Assembly (NCBI RefSeq): GCF_030028105.1 | Contig: NC_092380.1 | Span: 70,305,717 to 70,369,716 of the forward strand | Source: Mobula birostris | Taxonomy: Eukaryota | Length of the DNA stretch: 64,000 nucleotides | Reading direction: 5' to 3' | Shown: positions 1 to 12,400 of the stretch, piece after piece | Numbering within the stretch: the stretch's first letter is position 1 | How the letters are laid out: the number at the start of each line of letters is the position of its first letter | Position numbers and translations under genes: made by a program | Notes under the pieces: model-generated | What the model was told of the DNA's origin: nothing | The model's input: only the letters and a program-made list of their open reading frames with translations | Database searches by the model: none

Positions 1-685
1 TCGCTGGCGTAGAATGGAAGGAGAAACTGAGTTAGTGTTTCAAGCTGATGACTCTCCATCAACACTATAAAATGTTAATGGTAATAAAAAAAATGCAGAG
101 GATGGAAGAGTAAAGGAAACAAAATGGAGGTTCTATGATAGGGAGAAGGCCAGAAGAGATTGAGTGGTACAATTATTGGCAGATTAACTTGACAGACTGC
201 AGTAGTTTTGAGATACGAGAAGAGTGAAGCTATGGTAAGAGATATGGGAGTGTTCCTCTGGGGCCAAGGTGCAAAACACAGTACCAACAGTCATACACAG
301 CACTGGAGGCAGCACACTACCACCGGCTGCAACAGGCAACACCACAGCATGAGGTCTAGTGCATGTTACAACTGAGGACGCACAGCTCCCCGTGTCTGTC
401 CTGCCAATAAAGCAGTGAATCAGACTTGTAGCATTACACGTTACCAATATCCACCAGGGGCTTGCGATTATAAGAAAAATGACTGAGACAATCACTGGCT
501 GTTAGACTGCACACTGCCTTCATGCACTGACCCCAATGCCTCTCTATAGCAGGCAGCAATATGATCACACCAAATCCAGCCCCTCTGCCAACATGCAACT
601 TGCTGATGGGGTAGACTTGCAGTGTCTGAAGTTCCTAGTGTCCAGCAGTGCCTTGCAATCATTAAAAAAAAGTTAAAAAAGGCCT

Positions 686-818
686 ACAACAGGAATTCTG
701 CAGATGCTGGAAATTCAAGCAACACACATAAAAGTTGCTGGTGAACGCAGCAGGCCAGGCAGCATCTCTAGGAAGAGGTACAGTCGACGTTTCAGGCCGA
801 GACCCTTCGTCAGGACTG
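686..818 (-). mobile_element. 133-bp Penelope-type retro-insertion with 16-17 bp target-site duplication
   Basis: Flanks aagttaaaaaaggcct (670-685) and aagtttaaaaaaggcct (819-835); the body ctgcagatgctggaaat..gcaggccaggcagcatc recurs at 33.2, 34.6, 54.8 and 57.6 kb. Confidence 0.75.
781..818 (-). ncRNA. Minimal type I hammerhead ribozyme
   Basis: Minus strand CAGTC-CTGACGA-AGG-gtctcgg-CCT-GAAAC-GTC-GACTG: stem I CAGUC/GACUG, core CUGACGA, stem II AGG/CCU, GAAA, palindromic ACGU stem III, GUC cleavage triplet. Confidence 0.82.
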
Positions 819-1834
819 AAGTTTAAAAAAGGCCTTGTGCATCTGCTGCATTCCAGTGCACTGCCATCTTACTGAAAACATGTCTTTATTACTTACTTAT
901 GAAATGACCTTGTAAACCGAATATGTTTGTCAAATTGGATACAAATGCTAATATCAAACATTCAATCACAAATGCTAGATATAATTGTTAGGAGGCAGTC
1001 ACATTCATATACACAAATTAAAATTTCTAGAATTCGAATATATTTAATGAAAATATATTTTAAAAGACAATAAAAAATGACATACAATGTACACTCATGC
1101 TTTTATTGCCCCACCAGAAATTCATCCAAGATTTTCTCTTCCAGTTCTCCTGGTGCAGCCCTCATTTCCTATTCCCATATCTGAAGCCAGTTGTTAACTA
1201 GCATAAAATTTTCAGTGAATGGTGTACTTGTTCCTTTTCCCACCAAAATTTCCAAGTCCCAGATGGCCTACCAAATCCCACTGCATCATACTTATAGCAG
1301 TTTCCTTGATCTCTCTGTAAAAATGAGAGAACTTAAGCATAGATTATTCAGTTATACTGGGGCCACAGCTTTAGTTGATATGATTCTAAGCTTAGGCTAA
1401 CACATGAAAGTTCAGACATTTCACATACATACTTGTATAACAAGGCTCAATAATTTTGCTGCCCAAACTGACATAACAAATACATGTAAATCTTAAAAAT
1501 TATGTTAATATACAAAATTTATATATCATCTTCAAATGTGTTCACATGCAGAGAGTCCAAAATTTAATTACTGATGTCTAAAGCGCTTTAAAAAATTAAA
1601 ACACCTTTCAGTAAACAATACACATAATTCTTAGATGCAATCAAGCTTTCTGGTGTCACAATGCTGGATTGCAGAAATCCCCTTTCTGGTTTATAATATA
1701 AAGTCAGAAAAGGGGTTCTGCATACGACAGGGATTGTTACATCCTTGGTATTAAATGGTCTGTGGCTGCAATTCTAGTCCATTATACTGAATTCCAACGA
1801 CCTTAACATTAGTTCCAAAATGTTAAAACCTTGT

Positions 1835-2425
1835 AATAATGAAGGGCTGGAGATGCAAGCAGGCCAGGCAGTGTCTATGGAAAAGAGTAAACAATACATG
1901 TTTCTGGCTGAGACTTTTCATCAAGAGTGGGAAAGAAAAGAGATCCGAGTAAGACGGCTGGGGGAAGGGAAAAAGTACAAAGTGGTAGGTGATGGGTGAA
2001 ACGGAGAGAGGGAGGGGTGAAGTAAAGTGTAAGATGGCTGGGGGAGGGGAGGAAAAAGTACAAAGTGGTAGGTGATGGGTGAAATGGAGAGGGGGAGGGG
2101 AGGGGTGAAGTGAAGAGTAAGATGGCTGGGGGAGGGGAGGAAAAAGTACAAAGTGGTAGGTGATAGGTGAAACAGAGTGGGGGAGGGGTGAAGTAAAGAG
2201 CTGGGGAGTTGGTTGGTGAAAGAGATAAAGGGCTGGAGAAGGGGAAATCAGAAAGGAGAGAATAGAAGACCACAGAAGAAAGGGAAGGGGGAGGACTACC
2301 AGAGGATGGGGATGGGCAGGTAAGGGGGATAAGGTAAGAGAGGGAAATAGCAATGGGGAATTTCTAAAGGGGGGAGCGGCAGGAAACAATGAAGGGGGGG
2401 CAATTACCAGAAGCTTGAAAATCTT
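1835..2425. mobile_element. Penelope-type repeat fragment with internal triplication of about 70 bp
   Basis: Starts with the same agatgc..gcaggccaggcag motif and a decayed hammerhead; ggaaaaagtacaaagtggtaggtgat occurs three times. Confidence 0.55.
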
Positions 2426-3178
2426 TTTTCGAGAATCCACTTGCCCATGATATTCCTTTAAAACCTTCCAATCCAGGTACTCATCCAAACACTTAAATGT
2501 TTTTATTGTACAAGTATCAGACTGTCCCACAGGTCTCTTTGATACTCTTCCCCTCTCACGTTAAACCTGTGCTCTGTATGTTTTTGATTCCTGTGTGCAT
2601 TGCCCCTTCATTCCTCTCAATAGATGCTGCCCAGCTTGCTGAAATCCTCTAGCATTTTGTTGTGTTTCTAGAAAATTTACAAAATTGATCAATGCATCTG
2701 ATCCACCTGATTAGCTGGGGCAAAGGGAGGAGAGAGGCATTGTTCCATAAATGCACTAATAGTAGTCACACTTTCGTGCAAATGGCATAAGAGTTCAACT
2801 TAACTGTAATAAATGATTCATGGATTTGTCCAGCAGATCGACACAATTACATCATAGTGGCTTAATGTGTCAGATCAGACAACTCCTATTGTACACGAGC
2901 TCTTGGGACACATCTGCCATCCTCAATTAATTTCTCCTTACACCTACAACTAAATCACTGTCTGCCTCACAATTATGTAACTTTTGTGACTTCAATAAAC
3001 AGTATGTTAACTAAAGTGGATTAATTTACCAATCAGAATGGTGAATGGATACTGGATGGTAAACTGCAAAAGAACAATGAAGTTGACAGTAAATTATTTT
3101 ACTCTCAGTTATAAATGAAGTGCTGTCTCCAATTAAAAAAGCTTCCATACTCACTCTTTAAGAAAATGCTACATAAAT

Positions 3179-3483
3179 TCAAATTAATATCAAGTCATAC
3201 TGTTTCATATGTTCTTCCAAATTAAATTCAATTTGAACTTGGATGTGTTGTTTATCATTTGGTTTTGGTGTATAAGTTAGTTCAGTGGTGAAACCGCCAC
3301 CATTGTGAAATGGCTTGTTTGTAACGTACTCCTTTTCATCAAAAGGATAAGCATCTCTGTACCAGATGATATGAGCCTCTTCAACAGCACATCCTTTAAC
3401 ATCGCAAGAAAGAGTTACTGGTTGACCAATTTTCGGACTTTTTGTGAGGCACTTTATTTCTGAAACCTTCTCCCATACATCTG
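3179..3483 (-). CDS. Terminal exon: Ig C-type domain lacking the F-strand Cys, then stop
   Basis: ttctctttttcag acceptor (NAGNAG). Open frame DVWEKVSEIKCLTKSPKIGQPVTLSCDVKGCAVEEAHIIWYRDAYPFDEKEYVTNKPFHNGGGFTTELTYTPKPNDKQHIQVQIEFNLEEHMKQYDLILI*. Resembles the 30904-31233 exon (KISEIK..P.IGKPLTLSC). Not in the ORF track. Confidence 0.85.
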
Positions 3484-6400
3484 CTGAAAAAGAGAATTTA
3501 CAATAAATAACATGAGAAGCTTAAAGGCATTTCAAAAATAAAGACCTATGTAAGTCAATATATATCACTGCACTCGTAAAGTCCTTATTTTAATTCTTAC
3601 AAATTTAAATGTTTACACTAAATCACCATTTGCCACCTGAACTACTGCAGTTGGGTGGATATGGAATATCATCCAGATGAAATATTTGCTGTCATGGCAT
3701 AGAATCATGGAAACATACAGCAGAGGAACAGGGCTTTGTCTCAATTCATCAACACTGACCAAGATGCCGGAAGTTAGACACATCTGCCCACATGGAATGT
3801 ATATCCCTGCCACACTATCCATGTACCTGTTCAAATGTCTTTTAGATGTTATTATTTTACCTGCTCCAACACTTCCTCTGGCAGCTTATTTGATATACTA
3901 TGTATCATTCTCTGCCTCAGGTCCCTTCAAAATTTTTCTCCTCTCACACTTAACTTATACTCTCTAATTTTCAATTCCCTTTGATGGGAAAAAGATCTGT
4001 GCATTCATTCTGACTATGCCCCATATTACATGATACACTTGTATGATCACCTCTCAGTCTCCGATACTCCAATAAATGAAGTCCTAACCTGCTCAGCCTC
4101 TCCCTATAACTCACCTCCCTGAGTCCTGAGAACATTCTCATAAATCTGCTTTGCACTCTTTCCATCCAATGACATCTTTTCTATAAGAAATATTATATCC
4201 ACTCTAAACACACTCATCTGGATTATGCTTCTCTTTTCTAGCTATTCTCAACACAGTAGATCACATGCTAGTTTACCTGTCTTGCCTTGTCAGCATTTCA
4301 TGGTCTGAACCACAATCATTCCCTATAATCATTGCTAACCTGTTTGATATATCTGAATTTATATTACTATATCGCGTAGTTACTAATAAACGAGTATTAG
4401 TTAACAGCAATACCAGACTCCAAGGTGTTTTCCATTTCTGCTGGTTCTTTAACCCTTTATAGGGTACGTAACAAAATTGGGGCCTGCGTTTGGGATTTGA
4501 ACAAATTGTTTGGGGGCTTATTTGGATTGACTGGGGAAAATCCCTTTTGATTTGGTTGTGTGGAAAAACAGCAGAAATGGAGGTTAGTATTGATGAGTTT
4601 CTGGGGCAACCAGCCGCTGAAGCGTTGGATGATGCTACGAGGGATATGCTGTTGGGAATCGCTCACAAGTTAAGGCTTATGGTGAATACTAGAATGAGGA
4701 AGGCTATTTAAACTTTCCCTGAGTTATCAAATACTTCGCTATTACCATCTGCGAAAGATGCAAACGGTAGTCGTGAAGTATTTTATAACCTAGGGAAAGT
4801 TTAATGAGGACATGTTGGAAATATTTGCTGAAGGTGGAGATTCAGCTTCAGTTGGAAAAATTAAAGATGGGCATGAATAACAATTAAAATGATTACAATG
4901 GTCTCTAGTTTTTCCATTCCCTTTGATGGGAAAAATATTTGTGCATTCATCCTGACTATGCCCCATATTATATTATACACCTGTATGATCACCTCTCAGT
5001 CTCCGATACTCCAATAAATGAATTCCTAACCTGCTGAGCCTCTCCCTGTAACTCACCTCCCTGAGTCCTGGCAACATTCTCATCAATCTGCTTTACACTC
5101 TTTCCAGCCAATGATATCTTTTCTAAAAGAAATATCATATCCACTCTAAACACACTCATCTGGACTATGCTTCTCCTTTCTAGCTATTCTCAACACAGTG
5201 GCTCACATGCCAGTTTACTCGTCTTGACTTGTCAGCATTTCAGGATCTGAACCATACTCATTCTCTCCATCCCATTCACTAGAGAAGAGACGTACAGTGA
5301 TAAAGGAGCTTGGTTGTTAATGCAGATGTCATGAATATGTATCAGATGAAAGTGTGGGATGCATGCTCGGCAAGATTCTTTACAACAGAGTCAGTATTCA
5401 TTGCCTTGTGGAAGAGAAGGGAAGTGATCTTGTTTTAAAATGGAGGCCTAAAGTGATTACAAGCATGTTCAGGTATGGAAGTTAGCGCCAGAATCTATCA
5501 TAAAAATCCAGTCTACGTTAGAATATTACGTTAGGGGAGGGGAGGAGAAGATGGCGGTGCGACGCAGCACGCGCAGCTCTCCGGTGAAATGATATTGTAT
5601 CTGTTAAATAGGGGCCGTGGACAACTCTGATTTGATGGAGACAGACGTGAAAGAACAGAGGAACATCTGGAGAAATCTCTGAAACGCCGGTTCGCTGCTG
5701 CTGTTACAGGGCGATCGAGAATCTTCCAGAGGGAAGGCCCCAAAATCCCCGACTTTGCCTGCTGCTGGTGACCGAGGCTGAGGTCGAATCGTTCCGATAG
5801 AGATGGTGCTCGGTACTCGGTGTTGGAGGGTTGATCAGAGGCTCGAAGTCTTCGGACGACTCAAGAGTCGGACTGTGGTCGGGCAACATTCTCATTAAAT
5901 CTGCTTTGCACTCTTTCTAACCAATGATATTTTTTCTATAGGAGAGTAAACAAAGCTGTGCACAATACTTCACATGCAGCACAAACAACACCTTGTACAA
6001 CTGTAATGCAATGCCCTAGCCCCCTACATTCAATTACCCTGATGAAGGCCATCATGCCAAATATGCTTTCTTTTCTGACTGACTATCGGTCATGCCACGT
6101 TCTCATAGTGACATTGAAAATGACGTGTCCACTCTAAACACACTCATTGGAACTATCCCTCTCCTTCCTGAGTATTCTCAACACAGAGGATCACATGCCA
6201 GTGTACTTGTCCTGCTTTGTCAGCATTTCAGTATCTGAACCACACTCATTCCGTCCTTCCCATTCACTTGAGAAGAGACATACAGGTGTCCCTCGCTTTT
6301 CAAACGTTCGCTTTACGAAACCTCACTGTTACGAAAGACCTACATTAGTTCCCTGTTTTTGCTAACAGAAGGTGTTTTCACTGTTACGAAAAAAGGCAGA

Positions 6401-9400
6401 GCGCGAAAAAAGCAGCACATGTCCCGAGCAGTCGCTGTCCCCCGGATTCGGAACTGCATTCTCGCCAGCATTGCTTAAACACGTGCCTGTGAGTAGCTGT
6501 TTGCAAGATGAGTTCTAAGGTATCGGAAAAGCCTGAAAGAGCTCGTAAGGGTGTTATGCTTAGCATAAATCTAGACATAATTAAGCGTTTTGATCATGGT
6601 GAACGAAGTAAGGACAAAGTGAGTTTGGCTTGTGGAAGTTGACGAAGATGATGTTGAAGAGGTTTCGCATCTCATGATCAAGAAACTAATAAATGAAGAG
6701 CTGATGCAATTAGAAGAGGAAAGGATAACAATCAAAATCAAATGCAGAAGCAAGCGGACGGAACATGAAGCAACTGCGTGAGATTTTCGCTGCAATGATA
6801 AACTACGACCTTAATTTTGAAAGGGTACGTCAGTTTAGGGTATATTTGCAAGATGGTTTACAAAGAACTGTATGATAGAAAAATGCGCGAGGCTAGCAGT
6901 CAAGCATATTGTCGTTTTTCAAGCCTTCCACATCAGTCACAGCAGACGACGAACCTCGACCTTCGACATCGAGGCAGGCAGACATAGAAAATGACCTGCC
7001 TTCCATGATTAACAATAAGATGACACCCCCCCGTGTCCCACCACCCCAGTGGACCCAACCCCCGGGCCACGGAGAGATACTGATTCACGGAGAATGGAGC
7101 GGTAGCTGGGAGGCATCCAGCAATCTTTAAGAAAAAAAAAAGCTGAAATAAACAAGCTAATTAATTAGGTGCCGCCCGGCAATTGCCTCTGTTCTAGGCT
7201 GACATTTACGTGCTGGGCTGCACCTAATTAATTAGCATGTTTGTTTTGGCTTTTTTCTTAACGACGTGTTGGATGCCTCATGGCTACCGCTGTACCCCTG
7301 CATGCTTCGCGGATCGGTATCGGTTCGCTGCCCGGAGGGTGGGGGCCATTGCACCACCCCAACCTCTCATGACTCAGCTTAACACACTATCATCAGTGTG
7401 CTCTGCGCTGACTTCCCAATTCCGGTAAGTGATACTACACTGTACATACATTATTTCTACCTTATATAGGCTGTGTATTTTTATGTGTTATTTGGTACGA
7501 TTTGGCAGCTTCATAGCTTAAAGGTTACTGGAGAGAGTGTTTTGCCAAGAGCGCTTGCGTGAGATTTTCTGCCGAGAGTGCTTGTGCTGTGTTTCTGCCA
7601 AGAGCACTTGCATGAGATTTTCACTACGGAGAACAGTGCAGGCAATCATTGTAGAGAAGTATTTCTAATTTATATAGGCTGTGTTTCTATCATATCATTC
7701 CTGCTTTTACTATATATTCCTGTTATTTTAGGTTTTATGTGTTATTTGGCATGATTTGGTAGGTTACTTTTGGGTCTGCGAATGCTCACAAATGTAAGGG
7801 GGTTTTGATTTTTATGTTTCTGCGGAGGCTAATTAAAATGGCGTCTTTGTTATGTTAATCTGGGGAATGCGGCTTTGTTGTGTTAAACACTGAGAAAGTT
7901 TGCGCTAACAGTTTGTTTTTGCTTTAGAGTCTGATAAGAGAGTGCTATTAACCAATTGGGATAGTTGTTATGGTTTTGGTGTATTTGAAGATACTGTATG
8001 CGCGGGGTTTTGCGGGAGAGCGAGACAGAGGATGGACGAGGTGCTGTGAGTCCGCTAACGAGGTCGGACCCTGAGCGGGACGCTCGGCGAGGAGATGGAG
8101 ACGGACTCGTGTGGAGCGTCTGGTCGACCACCGTTGTTGGTCCCAGGCGGCCGGTCGAGGTGGTCCGAGGGGGTCGCAGGGTGACGAAGAAGGTCCTTGA
8201 GCTCCAACGGTTTTTGTGCACGAAGAGATTGAACTTTGATAAGTGTGGCGCCTTTTATTTTCCTTTTATATTTTATTCTCTTTTAATTATATAGTTCCAG
8301 TAATATCTATAAACTGTATATCATTTAATTGCATCTGGTGTATTGTCTGTTATTTGGGTGGGGTGGGGTACCTCACACAGCATCCACACAAACGAATTAT
8401 CCAGTTTGGCGGGGCCGAGGCTGTTTCCCTAGACGACAGCGAGCCGAGCGACCCTGAGGGTGGCCGGGGGGGTTACACAAATTTTTCCCATATAAGTAAA
8501 TGGTATTTGCTTCTTCGCTTTACAACATTCTGGCTTATGAACCGTTTCATAGGAATACTCTACCTTCGGATAGCGGGGGAAACCTGTACAGCGATAAGTG
8601 AGTTTAGTTGTTAATGCAGTAGTCACAAATATGTATCAGATGAAAGTGTAGGCAAGATTCTTGACAACAGAGTCAGTATTCATTGCCTTGTGGAAGAAAA
8701 GGGAAGTGATCTTGCTTTAAAATGGAGGCCTAAAGCGATTACATGCATGTTAAGACATGGAAGTTGGCACCAGAATCCACCATAAAAATCTAGCCCACAT
8801 CAGAATAATTGAAGAGTGGATGACATGACAGAGCCTCAAGGGAAAAGTAGTTCACCGTAAGGTGCTCAAGTCTCTGTTTGGAGATGACTACTTCATTGAT
8901 ATATAATCAGGAGAAACAGAAGGTATACAAATGATGTGAGAAATTTAATTTTGTAAAGCTTAAGTAGATCTGTATTTGGCTCTATCACTGTGTTTTGTCA
9001 TCAGCTAAAGAACAGTGGAAATTTATTGGAAATAGGCACCCAGGAAATGAAGGCAGCAAACTGACAGGGCACTGAAATGGACTGGCAGCCTGTATACAAC
9101 AACTCAAATTCACCATTCCAAATACTAATGCTTATCTCATTTGTAAAAATCTAAAATTCTACTTTGCCCCAATAATTGAATTCAAATAAATGAACACTTT
9201 ACCTTCACTTGTTGCTCTATTGCTGCCATCTTCCTTGTCAGCATCATCTGTAGGGGGAAAAATAGTTTAATAAAACCCAACATTAGTCAAATCAAATTAG
9301 CTCTTAGAAATTTAAAACACTGATTATCTCATCTAACCAGATCTTAAACATCTGTATCCACCTACAATCATCTATCCCCAGCATTAGAAAAAAAATCCAC

Positions 9401-12400
9401 ACCCAGTTTAGTCAATGGGAGGACTTGATATGAACTGAATGGTTCAATTAATATTGTGTTAAGTTTAAAATAAATGATCATTGCATGTATTACTTTATTG
9501 AACTGAGTCACATGAACACACAAGCACTCTGCACTGCTCCCTGTTACAAATGATGGTGAGGACGTGGCTATGGAGTAGACAAAAGTGTGGGATACATGCT
9601 GAAAAAGATTATTGACACCAGAGTAGGGATTCACTGCTTCTTGGAAGAAAAGGGAAGTGATCCTGTTTTAACATGAATCCCTTAAGGGTAAAATGCATGT
9701 TCAGGCCTGGAAGGTGGCACTAGAATATACCATGAAAATCCAGTCCATGTTAGAATACATGAAGAGTGGACCACCTGACAGGGCCAAGGGAAAAGCACAT
9801 GATCCTGCTCCAGCTGCACATAGTTTACAGTGAGGAACTGCATTGTCTCTTTGGAGAGGACCACCTCTTTGATCTTTATTCATCTGATCAGACAAACATA
9901 GGTGTTCAAATGACAGGGAAAAATTAATTTGTAAAACTTAACTAGATCAGTATTTGGCTCGGAGTGTATTTCTGTCATCATTTCACAAACTATAGAAATT
10001 TATTGGATATGAGCACCCAAGAAATGAAGGCAGCAGACTGACAAATTATTGAAATGGACTGGCAGCTTGTATACAAGAGCTCAAATTCACCATTCCAAAT
10101 ACCAATGCTTGTCTCAAGTGCAATAATATAAAATTATACTTTGACCCAATAATGTGTTTCAAGTAAACCATGCCTAGTTCAGGAACATCCCAAAATGATC
10201 ACTTTACCCTCATCTTTTGCTCTACTGCTGCCATTGGTATGTTGTGGGAGATGGAAGATCTCTGGCTGTGTGCCCAGAGACCCGAGTTCTTAGGGCACAG
10301 AGCTCAGAAAAAACGATGCAAAGGACTTTTAACATTGTAAATCAGTGAGTTGTTTGTTATGTCTTCCTTCTCACTGTGAAACAGGGACATCTCTTTTTCC
10401 CTGATTAGGGAGAGAGGAGGGGAAGGGGGGGAAGGGAGAGAGAGGGGGGGAAGGGAGAGAGGGGAGGAAGGGAGAGGGGGGGGAGGGAGAGGGGGGGGGA
10501 GGGAGAGGGGGGGGAGGGAGAGGGGGGGAAGGGAGAGAGGGGGGAGAGGGAGAGGGAGAGAGAGAGAGAGAGACACACACACACACACAGCCCGTGGTGT
10601 ATCGAATTACCAGGTGAACAAGTAGATTTTGGGATACTGCAAGCCTGTGTCTTTACTGATGCTTCGCTGCACACTTGAGTGCTTGGTGGAGGGCGCCAAT
10701 GATTTTTTAACTGGTGTGGGAAGGGGGATTGCTCCTTTGCTGCTGCTTATGCATGGGAGTAGGGAGCTGGGGGGGGGGTCTTTGGGGTTCTAACATTTAA
10801 CTATCATTCATTCTCTGGGGCACTCCTCTGTTTTCACGGATGGTTGCAAAGAAAAAGAATTTCAGGATGTATATTGTATACATTTCTGACATTAAATGGA
10901 CCCATGAAACCTTTAAAATCTTCCTTACAGTCAGAGTCTGTAGGTTAAAACAAAAAGTGGTTTAATAAAACCTGACATTAGTCAAATCAAATTAGCTCTT
11001 TAACTTTAAAACATGAATTATTTCATCTAACTACATGTTAAATTGTAACCACCTAAAATTATCTATCCATAGCATTAGGAAAAAAAACACACCGTCTCAG
11101 TTAATAGGAGGTTTGATATGAAGTAAATGGTTAACGTTATATTTTGTTAAGTTTAAAATAAATGATTACTGCATCTATAACAACTTTATTGAAATGTGTC
11201 ACATGAACACACGAGTACTCTGCCCTACAACTGATGGTGAGCACATGGCTGTGCAGGGGATCTACAAGTCCATGGGGATGCACCTGGATGACAGTCTTGA
11301 GTGGAGCACCAACACAGAAGCGGTGTCCAAGAAGGGCCAGAGTTGCCTCTGCTTCTGGAGGAGATTTGAGGTCTTTTGCAGTATGCAGGCTTCTCCTTCA
11401 CTCCTTTGACCACTCTGTTGTCACCAGTACAATCTTCTATGTGGTAGTGTGCTGGGGCAATGGCATCCACACGGGTGAGGCCATCAGGCTCAATAAGCTG
11501 TTTAGAAAGGCTGGCTCTGTCATAGGAGTCTAACTGGACACACGGGAGGCTGTGGTAGAACAATGGACACTACGAAAAATCATGGCAATTCTGGACAATG
11601 ATTCTCGCCCTCTATATGGCACCTTGGCTGAACGGAGGAGAATTTTTAGTAATAGACTAAGACAACTGTGCTGTTCCAAGAGTGCTATATAAATTCATTC
11701 TACCTTCGGCCATTAGGATCAATAATGAGTCAGCTAGCAGCGGGTAGGTAATGACTCCCTCCTGTTAGACTGTTTGAAGTACCAGATTTTTTAAATTCTA
11801 TTTCCCTTCTGATATTTATATCTGTGCACTTTTAATGCTACTCTGACACTGTAATTTCCTTTGGGATCAATAAAGTATCTATATCTGTCTAGTACAAGAT
11901 CTCCCTTGAAGGCGTAATTTGAATTCTTTCCTCCTAACTTACTTTCTTCATGAACCACCTCACATTTGATACAACTCCCATGATCTGATTCTGCTGGTAT
12001 AAACTTCATGCTTGTAATTGATAAATTCAGACCATCTTCTGCAATCCCAGGATGACATGTTTTTGCACCTTTCCATCTTTACATCATGTTACTTAGATTT
12101 TTGCAGGAAAATAGCCCTTCATGGAGATGCTAAATGTTGCAGACTTTTTACTTCGAACTAGTTCCGGATCACTTTTAATATCAGATATCTCCTCTCAACT
12201 TAAACCTATGCTCTCGTTTTCAATTCCCTTTCATGGGAAAATGATTTGTGCATTCACAATGGAGGCCTAAAGCAAATACAAGCATATTCAGGCATGGAAG
12301 TTGGCACCAGAATCTACCATGAAAATCTAGCCTAGGTTAGAATATTTGAAGAGTGGACCACTGACAGAGCCGAAGGGAAAAGCACATGATCCTTCTACAA

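Noticed and set aside
1823-2530. 235-aa Pro/Ser/Leu-rich ORF and overlapping ORFs
   Set aside because: Antisense reading of a purine-rich, internally triplicated repeat; no domain or splice context.
3179-3200. ITIM or ITAM at the C-terminus (KQYDLI)
   Set aside because: Lacks the hydrophobic or Ser residue at Y-2 and probably forms the Ig G strand.
9368-9634. ORF with ATSSPSFVTGSSAE (twin at 26829-27077) as a mucin-like exon
   Set aside because: An acceptor-like site exists, but no phase 1 donor of good quality; the site is disrupted by a LINE in most units.
9701-9895. ORF MSDQMNKDQRGGPLQRD (twin at 27144-27338) as an exon
   Set aside because: After the tgatcag acceptor, the phase 1 frame stops at once in all copies checked.
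10304-10674. Proline-rich ORFs
   Set aside because: Translation of the G-rich microsatellite.
11194-11563. Recurring 70-120 aa ORFs (also at 15.5, 20.0 and 24.9 kb)
   Set aside because: Frames of decayed Rex1/Babar LINE fragments, not host genes.
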